Shown: positions 39,382 through 48,475 of the stretch, piece after piece
How positions within the stretch are numbered: the first letter of the stretch is position 1
How the letters are laid out: every line of letters begins with the position of its first letter
Assembly (NCBI GenBank): GCA_963714975.1
Contig: CAVQQD010000001.1
Span: 288,001-352,000 of the forward strand
Origin: an uncultured Gammaproteobacteria bacterium
Lineage (GTDB): Bacteria > Pseudomonadota > Gammaproteobacteria > JAURND01
Length of the DNA stretch: 64,000 nt
Reading direction: 5' to 3'
The notes under the pieces: model-generated
What the model saw: only the letters and a program-made list of their open reading frames with translations
What the model was told of the DNA's origin: nothing
Database searches by the model: none
Made by a program: the position numbers and the translations under genes

Positions 39382-40395
39382 TTGAATCAAAAACACCTTA
39401 AATTTATTTGTGCCACATTAGAGCTAGGTATACCTATAGGAAGTGTATCAAGTGTTCAGGGTTGTCGAGGCGGTTCCTTTATGTGGCGAGCCAGTACTGA
39501 GAAGGCAACTTATGCTATCAAACAGCTAGCGCCTGTTATTGATCTAAAAAGCGAAAAGATTGTCACTAAGTACGAATTGAGTGAAAAGATTGCTTATCAA
39601 TTCTCACAGCAAGGGATCCAGGCAGTCTCCGCGATACAAAAATATGGAAAGCGTCTTATACTCATCGATAATACGGGGTATTTAGTTTATCCTTGGGTAG
39701 AGGGATATACCTTGGGTCGGGGTGAAGTTTCAGAGACTCATGCCATTAAGATTGCTGAAGTAATAGCAAAACTACATCGTATTAATTTGATCGTTCCTGA
39801 AATGGCAGACCCTCGTGTTGATGTACATACGAATGAAAGTATTATAAAAGCAATTGCAAGAGCAACATCTTGTAAATGCTCTTTTGCAAAAATACTAACT
39901 GAAAATCAACAAAATATATTGTCCCTGAATAATGCTTATCAAGATGTCATCCCTTTACTTTTAGAAGATACCTTGGTTACTCATGGCGACTTGGATCAGT
40001 TAAATATTTTGTGGGATAAAAACGATCAACCGATTTTGGTGGATTGGGAATCTGCTAGAAAATTAAATCCAACTCGTGAAATTGTTCGCGCGAGCCTAGA
40101 TTGGAGTGGTACCAGTACAGAATATTTTTCGCCAATCTATATCCGTATGTTGGAAACTTATATTAAATCAGGTGGTACCTTGAATACCAATCATGTGAAT
40201 GCCGCCTTACACAGTTTGTTTGGTAGTACGATAAATTGGATGCTTTATAATATTGAACTTGCCTGCACCAGTGTTGCTCAAGAAGAAAGGGACACGGCAG
40301 CAAAAGAAATTAATGGCGCTTTGAATAGCATGATGAGCTTGAAAATATTGATTCCTGATTTACTCGCAATCTCAATAAAAATTAATCCATATTAA
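39382..40395 (+). CDS. Aminoglycoside/choline-kinase-like phosphotransferase
   Basis: AIK, HGDLDQLN (Brenner motif) and VDWE. Confidence 0.85.
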   Translation: MNQKHLKFICATLELGIPIGSVSSVQGCRGGSFMWRASTEKATYAIKQLAPVIDLKSEKIVTKYELSEKIAYQFSQQGIQAVSAIQKYGKRLILIDNTGYLVYPWVEGYTLGRGEVSETHAIKIAEVIAKLHRINLIVPEMADPRVDVHTNESIIKAIARATSCKCSFAKILTENQQNILSLNNAYQDVIPLLLEDTLVTHGDLDQLNILWDKNDQPILVDWESARKLNPTREIVRASLDWSGTSTEYFSPIYIRMLETYIKSGGTLNTNHVNAALHSLFGSTINWMLYNIELACTSVAQEERDTAAKEINGALNSMMSLKILIPDLLAISIKINPY

Positions 40396-40434
40396 CAATA
40401 TTGGTTTTACTCTTCATTCGCTATTATAAATGTG

Positions 40435-40501
40435 CAGTAATTCTCGGCGAATACGTCGTGGGAGGGACGACGGGGCTGCGGTGATTCGCCGAGAATTGCT
40501 G
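40435..40501. mobile_element. 67-bp miniature element with 18-bp TIRs
   Basis: CAGTAATTCTCGGCGAAT...ATTCGCCGAGAATTGCTG. Confidence 0.75.
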
Positions 40502-40518
40502 ATAAATGTGGCACAAAT

Positions 40519-42306
40519 TCATTCAGATAAAAATCCTTGCTGCATATTCCACAATTGAGGATAAATGATACCATTTTCCAATAGACGTTGATGAGTACCT
40601 TCTTCTATTATATGGCCTTTATCAAATACTAAAATTCTATCCATTGATTTAATAGTAGAAAGTCGGTGAGCAACTACTATCACTGTCTTATTCTTCATGG
40701 CGATTTGCAATGATTCTTGAATTAATGCCTCTGTAACAGAATCCAATGCACTTGTGGCTTCATCCAAAATCAGTATAGGTGCATTTTTAAGAATGGTTCT
40801 TGCAATTGCAATACGTTGACGTTGACCACCTGAAAGTTTTACGCCTCTTTCACCAACCAATGTTTGATATCCATTTGGTAACTGCATTGTAAATTCGTGT
40901 GCATGTGCTTGTTTTGCGGCTTCAATAACTTCTTCATCAGTTGCATCAAATTTTCCATATCGGATATTATCTATGATACTTCGGTGAAATAAGCTGGGAT
41001 CCTGCGGTATAAAACCAATATTTTTTCTGAGGCTGGCGAGAGTAATGGACTGAATAGATTGATTATCAATTAAAATATCACCTTTTTGGATGTCAAACAT
41101 TCGCGTGATTAGGTTTACAAAAGTGGTTTTGCCACTGCCTGAATAACCTACTAATCCAACTTTTTCTCCGCCAGTGATTATCAATGTTTTATCTTCAAAT
41201 AACCTTTGTGACTCGGTATAATAGAAATTAACATGAGAAAATACGATTTCACCATTTTCTATTTTGAGAGGAAAAACATTAGGGAAATCAAAGATGTCCG
41301 GCTTCTGAGATAAAAATTTAATTGCTTGATTAAAAATCCCTAATTGTTCTGAAACTCTAAAAAATACCTCAGTAATACTCCAGACCTGCTCTATTACATT
41401 AATTGAAAGTAGGAAGATAAGTGCAAAATCTCCAATTGTTAGCATCCCTTTTGACCCTAAAAAAATCAACGGGAAAATGGTAAAAATTTCGATGAATACT
41501 GTCATTACACTCATGGAAATTGCATATTTCATTAATCTTTTTTGTAGATTAATGTCTTTCTTTACCATGTCATCTAACGATGTCTTCAGGTATTTTCTTT
41601 CAAAATGTTTTCCTGAAAATAAAATAACGCTAACAGCATTTGCAAAACTATCTACTACGTTCCCGATAGAATGACTGCGGGATTCAGCAAAAATATTGGA
41701 GAGTGGTTCTATTTTTTTATTAAAATAAACAGCCATACCTATTACAGATAGAGTCCAAATTAAAAAAATAGCAGAAAACAATGGGCTCACTACAGACGCT
41801 ATAAAAATTGCGCTGATCAAAATTACAAAACGCACTAAAAGCTCTCTTGCCGACTGAACTAAACTATCTGTATTATTTGCCAAATCGATTATTCTATTGC
41901 TAATTGCACCACTTAAATTGTCTTGAAAAAATTTAAATGAGTGCCCATGAACATAATCTGATGTTTGATTAATAATGTCTGCTTTAAGTTTTGGAACACT
42001 TTTTAAAATCACATAGTTATTTAAACGCCATGCAAAGTTATTAACTATGGTAAGAATGATTAATATCAATGCGGGTAAAATTGTTGCGCCGATCAATGCT
42101 TGTTTTCCCAGCAATGGAGTTGCTGCATCGATTAGCTTTTTTAAGATATAAGGTTGTACCGTGCTATAGCTTGCAACAACAAGAATAATAAAAAACAATA
42201 TTAAAAAATAAATGCGATAAGGTCTAAAAAAATAACTAATAAATGCTCGCGCTGATTTCGGATATTCTTTTATAGCATTTTGGCTTTCGGTTTTATCTCT
42301 CATCAT
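40519..42306 (-). CDS. ABC exporter, fused permease-ATPase
   Basis: Six TM helices, GYSGSGKT, LSGGQRQR and ILDEATSALD; GGAG before ATG 42306. Confidence 0.92.
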   Translation of the reverse strand: MMRDKTESQNAIKEYPKSARAFISYFFRPYRIYFLILFFIILVVASYSTVQPYILKKLIDAATPLLGKQALIGATILPALILIILTIVNNFAWRLNNYVILKSVPKLKADIINQTSDYVHGHSFKFFQDNLSGAISNRIIDLANNTDSLVQSARELLVRFVILISAIFIASVVSPLFSAIFLIWTLSVIGMAVYFNKKIEPLSNIFAESRSHSIGNVVDSFANAVSVILFSGKHFERKYLKTSLDDMVKKDINLQKRLMKYAISMSVMTVFIEIFTIFPLIFLGSKGMLTIGDFALIFLLSINVIEQVWSITEVFFRVSEQLGIFNQAIKFLSQKPDIFDFPNVFPLKIENGEIVFSHVNFYYTESQRLFEDKTLIITGGEKVGLVGYSGSGKTTFVNLITRMFDIQKGDILIDNQSIQSITLASLRKNIGFIPQDPSLFHRSIIDNIRYGKFDATDEEVIEAAKQAHAHEFTMQLPNGYQTLVGERGVKLSGGQRQRIAIARTILKNAPILILDEATSALDSVTEALIQESLQIAMKNKTVIVVAHRLSTIKSMDRILVFDKGHIIEEGTHQRLLENGIIYPQLWNMQQGFLSE

Positions 42307-42698
42307 GTCTGCTCCACTTGGTCGATAAAGAATGGCAACGAACGGTTTCAAGGTTGACTTGACAATGCCGTTGTCATATTTTTACTTACCAGATTCTTGA
42401 TAATTATGTGAGGAATGTCGGATTAACCACAATAACGGTAGCGCCTTCCATTGCACAATGGCTAATGCTTTGAGTATAGGGATCATGTTCATAGTAGCCA
42501 CTATTATATCGTATTTTTGCGATATGCCAATAAGATGCCTACTTGTGATGGCCGGGTGACCAAACGTGGCGTTATAATGGGCATAGGTAAGTAAGGGGAT
42601 CGGCTGCATGACTAGATGTTTTCACGGATAGTTGTGTGTCGAAAAATTAGCAGGGCAAAACCCACTATTATTATATGATAAAAAGGAGGACAGATAAT

Positions 42699-43760
42699 AT
42701 GAATATTATTGTTTTAGAAACAAACAGATTGGTTCTTAAACCCATATCATTATCTGATTTTGATAATTTACTTGCATTGCGATCTGATCCAGAAGTTATG
42801 AAGTACATTGGTGATGGTTCTGTAAAAACAAAAGAAGAAGTGCTTGATTTTATTCAATGCGGATTAGAAGTTGAGCCGGGATTAAGTTATTATAAAAAAT
42901 ATGGCTTAGATTTTTTTTCAGTATTTGAAAAAGACACGGGCATATTTATAGGACAAGCCGGTTTATTTCATCTTGGTTTTGATGTAAAACAATCTGAAAT
43001 TGAGCTGGCGTACAGATTACATAAGAAATATTGGCATCGAGGATATGCAACCGAACTTGCAAAAGCGCTGATTAATTATGGATTTAATCAATTGTCACTT
43101 TCAAGAATTATAGCCGCCGTTCGTCAAGAAAATGAGCGTTCAAGAAAAGTACTAGAGAAGGCTGGCATGTCTTATCAGGGACTGATTGATTTTCGTGGGA
43201 GTCCGTGGCCATGTTACGAAATCTATAAAAATGCTATTGATCATTCTAAAATTCAATTGATTCCAGCATTATTTGAAGATTACCCCACTGTTCAAAATAT
43301 GGGACGATTTTATGTCTATGATATGAGCGAATATCTAGGGCAAGAAAAAGGCTGGGAAATACCGAACAATGGTTTATACGAGTGTATTGATTTTAAAAAA
43401 TATTGGGAGGTGGATAATACATTTCCATTCTTAATCCATTACAAAAATGAATTGGCTGGATTTGTCATTATTGATAAGAAAGGCAGTAACTCAACAATTG
43501 ATTTTAATATGGCCCAATTTTTTATTTTGAAAAAGTTTAAGAGTAAAGGGCTTGGTCGCGCTGTTGCTTTTCAATGTTTTAATAAATTTCGTGGGATCTG
43601 GGAAGTTATGGTAATGCCTGGCAATGAAGGTGCTTATCGTTTTTGGCGAACAATTATAAAGCATTATACCAATAATCATTTTAGTGAATATACCTGCGAA
43701 ATAGCTCATTTCAATAATAACAGAAAAAATATTTTCAAATTTGATACGAGAAAAAATTAG
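42699..43760 (+). CDS. Tandem GNAT acetyltransferase (RimJ/RimL-type plus a second GNAT domain)
   Basis: LETNRL.L, YW.RGYATE, N.RS..VLEK.G; second motif F.SKGLG; AGGAGG RBS. Confidence 0.88.
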   Translation: MNIIVLETNRLVLKPISLSDFDNLLALRSDPEVMKYIGDGSVKTKEEVLDFIQCGLEVEPGLSYYKKYGLDFFSVFEKDTGIFIGQAGLFHLGFDVKQSEIELAYRLHKKYWHRGYATELAKALINYGFNQLSLSRIIAAVRQENERSRKVLEKAGMSYQGLIDFRGSPWPCYEIYKNAIDHSKIQLIPALFEDYPTVQNMGRFYVYDMSEYLGQEKGWEIPNNGLYECIDFKKYWEVDNTFPFLIHYKNELAGFVIIDKKGSNSTIDFNMAQFFILKKFKSKGLGRAVAFQCFNKFRGIWEVMVMPGNEGAYRFWRTIIKHYTNNHFSEYTCEIAHFNNNRKNIFKFDTRKN

Positions 43761-43799
43761 GTTGCGATGCCCTTAAGTCGGTTGGCTGTTCCGTTGCTC

Positions 43800-43932
43800 C
43801 CCAAACCCCTAATCGTGCCAAGAATAACGTCTCAAAAAACGGCATTAATGCTTGTGATAGCCCTGTCAGCACTAAAGGGACCGCTAGCCGCCATAACGGC
43901 AGCGCATCATTTTTAAAATAGGAACGCCGCAT
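43800..43932 (-). pseudogene. MATE efflux transporter N-terminal fragment
   Basis: LWRLAVPLVLTGL......ETLFLARLG, then an abrupt end. Confidence 0.65.
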
Positions 43933-43942
43933 CAATCACACC

Positions 43943-44483
43943 TCAATGTGTTAACACTTGTTTAATCTCTGTAACCATGTCTTGAATACTGAGTACACCG
44001 CTATCCAACATCAGTGATCGATGTGCAAACGCTTGTTGGCGCAAATACTGTGCCCAATGATCCATTTCCTGATGAATTAATTCGGGTTGTTGGCGGAATT
44101 CTGCCAGTCTTTGATGTCGAACAGCATCATCACAATGCACTAATACGATGTGATAATCCTGGATACCCCAACCTCTGCACGCTGCCACAATAAAATCTAA
44201 ATTAATTTGTCCCTCCAGGATAACCGCTTCTTTATCAGCATCCTGCTGTTGTATGCGCAAAACCCAGTGATAGGTCATCGCTTTTTGCCATTCACTACCA
44301 GAACCATAGACCTTATTCATTTCTTCGACGGTAGGGACACCTATGCTATCAAAATAGTGAAAAACATTTGCAGTGTTGCCTAATTCACGTTCCCGTACCT
44401 TAAGTAATGTCGTTTTACCTGCACCAGAACTACCAGTGATAAAGATAACTTTTGGAGTTAAGCGACTGGTGAGTTTACTACTC
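43943..44483 (-). pseudogene. P-loop nucleotide-kinase/AAA-family protein with no start codon upstream of the Walker A motif
   Basis: In-frame VIFITGSSGAGKTT lies upstream of the tracked ATG; in-frame TAG just upstream and no ATG/GTG/TTG. Confidence 0.7.
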
Positions 44484-44488
44484 TAAAT

Positions 44489-44617
44489 TGGCCCCATATT
44501 ATTATTTTATTTTGGCTCCACCATGGTCGAGTTGTGAGCTCAAACTGAACTGAAGTCCTGCCGCGCGGGCGGCGGGACTTCAGTTCAGTTTGAGCTCACA
44601 AAAATTAAATGGGGCCA
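44489..44617. repeat. 129-bp element: 9-bp outer IR plus a 33-bp internal hairpin
   Basis: TGGCCCCAT/ATGGGGCCA; stem 44532-44564 pairs with 44569-44601 with one G-T pair. Confidence 0.85.
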
Positions 44618-44664
44618 GGCCGGAATAGCAAAATCAAATGCCTGCGGAAAAAGAAATTTGCATG

Positions 44665-45066
44665 CTACTCCCAAAAATCCGTTTCTCCTTTTTGCACTCC
44701 TGCTAATAACCTCGCGCACAATTCATCGGTAAAAGGCTTATCAAACAGGCCATTGAGTTTTAGTGCCTTGGCTCGCGTGTAACAGCTTTCCTCATGCACC
44801 GCATGGGCGGACAAAATAACAATCGGCACATTGGCATTACCACTTAAATGTTTGCGCATGAGTTGGGCCAGATCGAGGCCATAGTAATCCGGGAGTCCAA
44901 GATCAAGTAAGACCAGATCATAACGATGTGAAAATAATTGAATGGCTTGAGTGCCATTCATAGCTAAATCGACTTGGCAATTTGCTGCAGTGAAAATAGA
45001 TTCGGCCGCTTTACTGGCCATTTTGTTATCCTCAACGGCGAGGACTCTGAATTGCTTGGTATTCAT
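44665..45066 (-). CDS. Single-domain response regulator (CheY-like receiver)
   Basis: VLAVEDN, LLDLGLPD..G, ILSAH and DKPF motifs. Confidence 0.9.
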   Translation of the reverse strand: MNTKQFRVLAVEDNKMASKAAESIFTAANCQVDLAMNGTQAIQLFSHRYDLVLLDLGLPDYYGLDLAQLMRKHLSGNANVPIVILSAHAVHEESCYTRAKALKLNGLFDKPFTDELCARLLAGVQKGETDFWE

Positions 45067-45202
45067 GATGGGTTGCTCCTATTGTTATCGTTAAAATGGA
45101 TTCATCAAACCAAGAAATCTTAAGGAGTAATAGTGGCAGAGATTAAAGAGATGACAGAGCAGGAGATCAAATCGCTGCCCCGCCACCGCTACCTCTGCCA
45201 CT

Positions 45203-45406
45203 TTATCGACCCAACCTCACCATCCTCCTTCCACACCCCAAATCGCTACAAAATGCTGCCCTACCACCCCACAATGGCTGCGAGGATTTAAAGCAGACAA
45301 CATTCTGATTTGACAATGGAAATACCACGAACGATTGGCACGTAAGAGAAAAATAATTGAAGCTGTTTTGCACGGACGCAAGATGCGTTAAACTGACAAC
45401 AGCCAT
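45203..45406 (-). CDS. 67-aa small ORF under a SymR-like antisense RNA (candidate type I toxin or relic)
   Basis: AAGGAG RBS; promoter TTGCTA-N17-GATAAT at 45509-45481; no SymE motif. Confidence 0.5.
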   Translation of the reverse strand: MAVVSLTHLASVQNSFNYFSLTCQSFVVFPLSNQNVVCFKSSQPLWGGRAAFCSDLGCGRRMVRLGR

Positions 45407-45479
45407 TGTTGAATCTCCTTGGTTAGATTCCAGTGGTTAGCGTGTGGATCAGGTGTTTGACGCACCTACCACACGCGCT
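45401..45479 (+). ncRNA. SymR-like cis-antisense sRNA
   Basis: AGCCAT start, GAATCT-ccttggtt-AGATTC hairpin, GTGGTTAGCG linker, GGTGTTTGACGCACC hairpin, GCGCT end; -10 TAAACT at 45389-45394. Confidence 0.7.
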
Positions 45480-45559
45480 TATTATCCTCAGATTATTTTA
45501 ATCTAGCAACTGTTTTTTGTGCTAAATAATCCTAACTACACGAGAGGAATGTTAACAAT

Positions 45560-45595
45560 TACGGTATTGTTTGTTCACTGTTGTGATTATAGATT
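45560..45595 (+). promoter_or_regulatory. Promoter of Rpn-2 with TACGGTA abutting the -35
   Basis: TACGGTA-TTGTTT-N17-TAGATT. Confidence 0.55.
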
Positions 45596-45630
45596 AGCCT
45601 TCTTTAATAAAAAGAAGGCTAATTTACCCC

Positions 45631-46590
45631 ATGACTCAAAATAAAATTTCTAACACCGTAAATTATAGCGATAATTTTTTTGTGCGATCTCTATCTGATT
45701 TAACTGTCGCCAAAGATTTTTTACAGCAGCATCTTCCTCAGCCATTATTGGAAGCGCTTGATTTATCTACTCTGCGTATTTGTAAGGATCGTCTGGTTGA
45801 TGAAACCTTGAGCTCCCGTTACACGGATGTAGTTTTTGAATTACAGCTCAAAGATTCTACGCAGACTGTCTACGTAATTGCCCATATCGAACATCAATCG
45901 GAGCCAGAAGCCGATATGCCAGTGCGCGCTTTTTTGTATGAAAGTGGAATCATTCGTGATCATGGGAGCAATCATAAACAAGTTCCCTTAGTCTATACTA
46001 TTGTTTACTACAATGGTGCAAAGGACTGGCGTTATCCTACGGATCTCAAGGCCTTAATTAATGCACCAACAGATTTAATTGATCGTTATTTTCTACAGCC
46101 TTTTCACTTGGTCCAGTTAAAGAAAATTCCTGATGAAGTATTAAGAAAACGACTATGGTCAGGCCTGCTAGGGTTAGCTATGAAACACATTTATGATCGA
46201 GATATCCTGCCTGCATTAGAAAAGTTCATCGACATGCTGCGGCAAGTAGAACAGCAAGGCAGGCAAGACTTCTGTCTCAGCATTTTGTATTATATTATAA
46301 AAAAAGGGGAGATCAGGGATAAAGCAGCATTTAAAACCTTGATTGACTCGCGTTTATCTCAGGAAACCAGGGGGGAAATTATGACTATAGCACAACAATG
46401 GCGGGAAGAAGGGCGGGAAGAGGGATTGACCATAGCGCAGCAATGGCGGGAAGAAGGGTGGCAGGAAGCAGCGAAGGCAATAAGACTTTTAGAAAAAGGT
46501 TTTCCCGTTGAGCAAGTAGCGCAATTAACCAAATTGCCGGTAGAAATAGTAGCTAGGTTAGAGCAAGAACAAGCGGAAGATATTACTTGA
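45631..46590 (+). CDS. Rpn/YhgA-like recombination-promoting nuclease (Transposase_31)
   Basis: TDVVF, IEHQS and VYYNG motifs; C-terminal TIAQQWREEG occurs twice. Confidence 0.92.
   Translation: MTQNKISNTVNYSDNFFVRSLSDLTVAKDFLQQHLPQPLLEALDLSTLRICKDRLVDETLSSRYTDVVFELQLKDSTQTVYVIAHIEHQSEPEADMPVRAFLYESGIIRDHGSNHKQVPLVYTIVYYNGAKDWRYPTDLKALINAPTDLIDRYFLQPFHLVQLKKIPDEVLRKRLWSGLLGLAMKHIYDRDILPALEKFIDMLRQVEQQGRQDFCLSILYYIIKKGEIRDKAAFKTLIDSRLSQETRGEIMTIAQQWREEGREEGLTIAQQWREEGWQEAAKAIRLLEKGFPVEQVAQLTKLPVEIVARLEQEQAEDIT
46381..46590 (+). CDS. Predicted internally initiated short Rpn product (RpnS-like, 69 aa)
   Basis: AGGGGGG-AAATT-ATG ACT ATA GCA in frame. Confidence 0.65.
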   Translation: MTIAQQWREEGREEGLTIAQQWREEGWQEAAKAIRLLEKGFPVEQVAQLTKLPVEIVARLEQEQAEDIT

Positions 46591-46597
46591 AGCATTT

Positions 46598-48475
46598 CTA
46601 ACAGCAATCTTCCTTATAAATTTCGACGACAGCAAATTTTACAAGGTTATATCGTGATTTTGTTTGCTTAGAAAAGAAGTTGATTATCGAATTGGACGGT
46701 GGACAGCATGCCGAGCAAATAGAATGAATTGTTGTATAAGGCCTAAGATAAGAGCGCATAATGAGCTTACCCCTCATCCGCCTTCGGCACCTTCTCCCAC
46801 AAGGGGAGAAGGATATATTGCCGAAATTAGCCTGGAGTGGTACGCCATTTGTGCTCAGGAGGGGAAGAGAGGACTTAGGCTGCCTCAAACTGCGCTGCTG
46901 GTAGATATCCACTAATTCCTGGGTGTAAGGATGCTGGGGGTTAAATAGAATTTGTGCCACATCACCTTGCTCAACAATTTTTCCTTGCTGCATCACTGCC
47001 ACCTCATGCGCCATATAGGCCACTACGGCAAGATTATGCGTGATTAACAAATAAGATAGGCCTATGTCGCGTTGTAATTCGCGCAGCAATTGTAAAATTT
47101 CCATTTGCACGACCACATCGAGAGCACTGGTGGGCTCGTCACAAATAATGAGTCGTGGTTTCATCGCCAAAGCCCTGGCAATGCAGATTCTCTGGCGTTG
47201 CCCTCCTGAAAATTCATGGGGATAACGATTTTTGCAGTTGGTAGGCAAACCCACTCGGCGCAATAATTCATCAATCTCAGGCAGGCATTCTTCTAAGTTT
47301 ATAGCCAATTTTTGTGCCAACATCCCCTCGGCGATAATGCTCGCTATCTTCAGGCGCGGGTTCATTGAGGCATAGGGATCTTGAAATACCATCTGTAATT
47401 GGCCTTTGACTTTGTCCCAGGATTTAGTGGACAAAAATTCAACCTTCCCACCCGTAGGCTTGACCAAACGTAAAATTCCCTTGGCCGTGCTGGTCTTGCC
47501 GCAACCTGACTCACCCACTAATGCTAGCGTCTTCGCCACAGACACCGTAAAACTAACATCATCGACGGCTTTTACATAACCGACTGTGCGCTGCAGAATC
47601 CCCTTACGAATAGGATAATGTATCTGGAAATGACTAACCTTGAGCAGCGTAGACGTTGGAAAATTAGTAGTTTGCGGTCGATTATCCCAACCAGGTAAGG
47701 CGGTAAATAATTGCCGACTGTACAAATGTTGGGGGTGCTGAAAAAAATCCAGTACGCTAGCCTGCTCGACAATTTTACCGTGGGCAATGACAGCAATGCG
47801 ATTCGCTATTTGTTGGATAATGCTTAAATCATGGGTAATGAATAACATTCCCATTTTCGTCTCACGCTGAATTTCTTTTAACAAGGTGAGAATTTGCGCC
47901 TGTAAAGTCACATCGAGTGCGGTAGTTGGCTCATCCGCAATCAAGAGTTCAGGTTCAGGCGCCAAAGCCATTGCGATCATTGCTCGTTGCCGCATTCCTC
48001 CTGATAATGTATGAGGATAAGATTTGGCACAGCGCTTGGGATCAGCAATGCCCACTTGACTCAATAAAGACAAAACGCGTGCTTTACAGGCTCGCCGGCT
48101 TAATTGGCAATGATAGCGTAAAGATTCGGTGATTTGTTGGCCGATGGTCAATACCGGATTCAATGCTAAACTGGCTTCTTGAAAAATAATCCCAATCCGA
48201 CGACCACGAATTTTTCTCAAAACCAATTCTGGAAAATCTAATAAATTTTGTTGCTCCCAAAAAATGCGACTTGCCATACTCACCTGCGCCCCAGCTGGCA
48301 ACAATTGCAATATCGACAACGCAGTTAAAGTCTTGCCACTGCCAGACTCCCCAACCAAAGCCAAAGTTTCACCACGCGCTAACTTAAACTGGACATTGTC
48401 TAGGGCATTAAAAAAGCCATTTTCCTGGGGCAATCGCACACTCAGATGATTTACTTCTAATAATGATTCAGCCAT
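46598..48475 (-). CDS. Peptide ABC transporter ATPase with duplicated NBDs (DppD/F-like fusion); ~95-aa non-homologous tail
   Basis: Two GESG.GK and SGG.RQR sets; homology ends at HPYTQEL near 46900. Confidence 0.9.
   Translation of the reverse strand: MAESLLEVNHLSVRLPQENGFFNALDNVQFKLARGETLALVGESGSGKTLTALSILQLLPAGAQVSMASRIFWEQQNLLDFPELVLRKIRGRRIGIIFQEASLALNPVLTIGQQITESLRYHCQLSRRACKARVLSLLSQVGIADPKRCAKSYPHTLSGGMRQRAMIAMALAPEPELLIADEPTTALDVTLQAQILTLLKEIQRETKMGMLFITHDLSIIQQIANRIAVIAHGKIVEQASVLDFFQHPQHLYSRQLFTALPGWDNRPQTTNFPTSTLLKVSHFQIHYPIRKGILQRTVGYVKAVDDVSFTVSVAKTLALVGESGCGKTSTAKGILRLVKPTGGKVEFLSTKSWDKVKGQLQMVFQDPYASMNPRLKIASIIAEGMLAQKLAINLEECLPEIDELLRRVGLPTNCKNRYPHEFSGGQRQRICIARALAMKPRLIICDEPTSALDVVVQMEILQLLRELQRDIGLSYLLITHNLAVVAYMAHEVAVMQQGKIVEQGDVAQILFNPQHPYTQELVDIYQQRSLRQPKSSLPLLSTNGVPLQANFGNISFSPCGRRCRRRMRGKLIMRSYLRPYTTIHSICSACCPPSNSIINFFSKQTKSRYNLVKFAVVEIYKEDCC
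46612..46746 (+). pseudogene. DUF559 (Vsr-like) endonuclease remnant
   Basis: [14 protein letters not shown] / [23 protein letters not shown] across a 1-nt frameshift at ~46656. Confidence 0.85.
46770..46812 (+). repeat. Family A unit, identical to 7445-7487
   Basis: Exact 43-bp match, about 25 nt from the DUF559 relic. Confidence 0.92.

Noticed and set aside
42382-42609. 75-aa ORF as a real gene
   Set aside because: No family motif; an overlapping frame shows a RimJ-like stub, so this is probably debris.
45122-45312. 59-aa + strand ORF with AAGGAG and GTG start, plus a 10-bp IR at 45132/45193
   Set aside because: It overlaps the better-supported minus-strand ORF antisense and has no recognisable protein features. 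It cannot be excluded.
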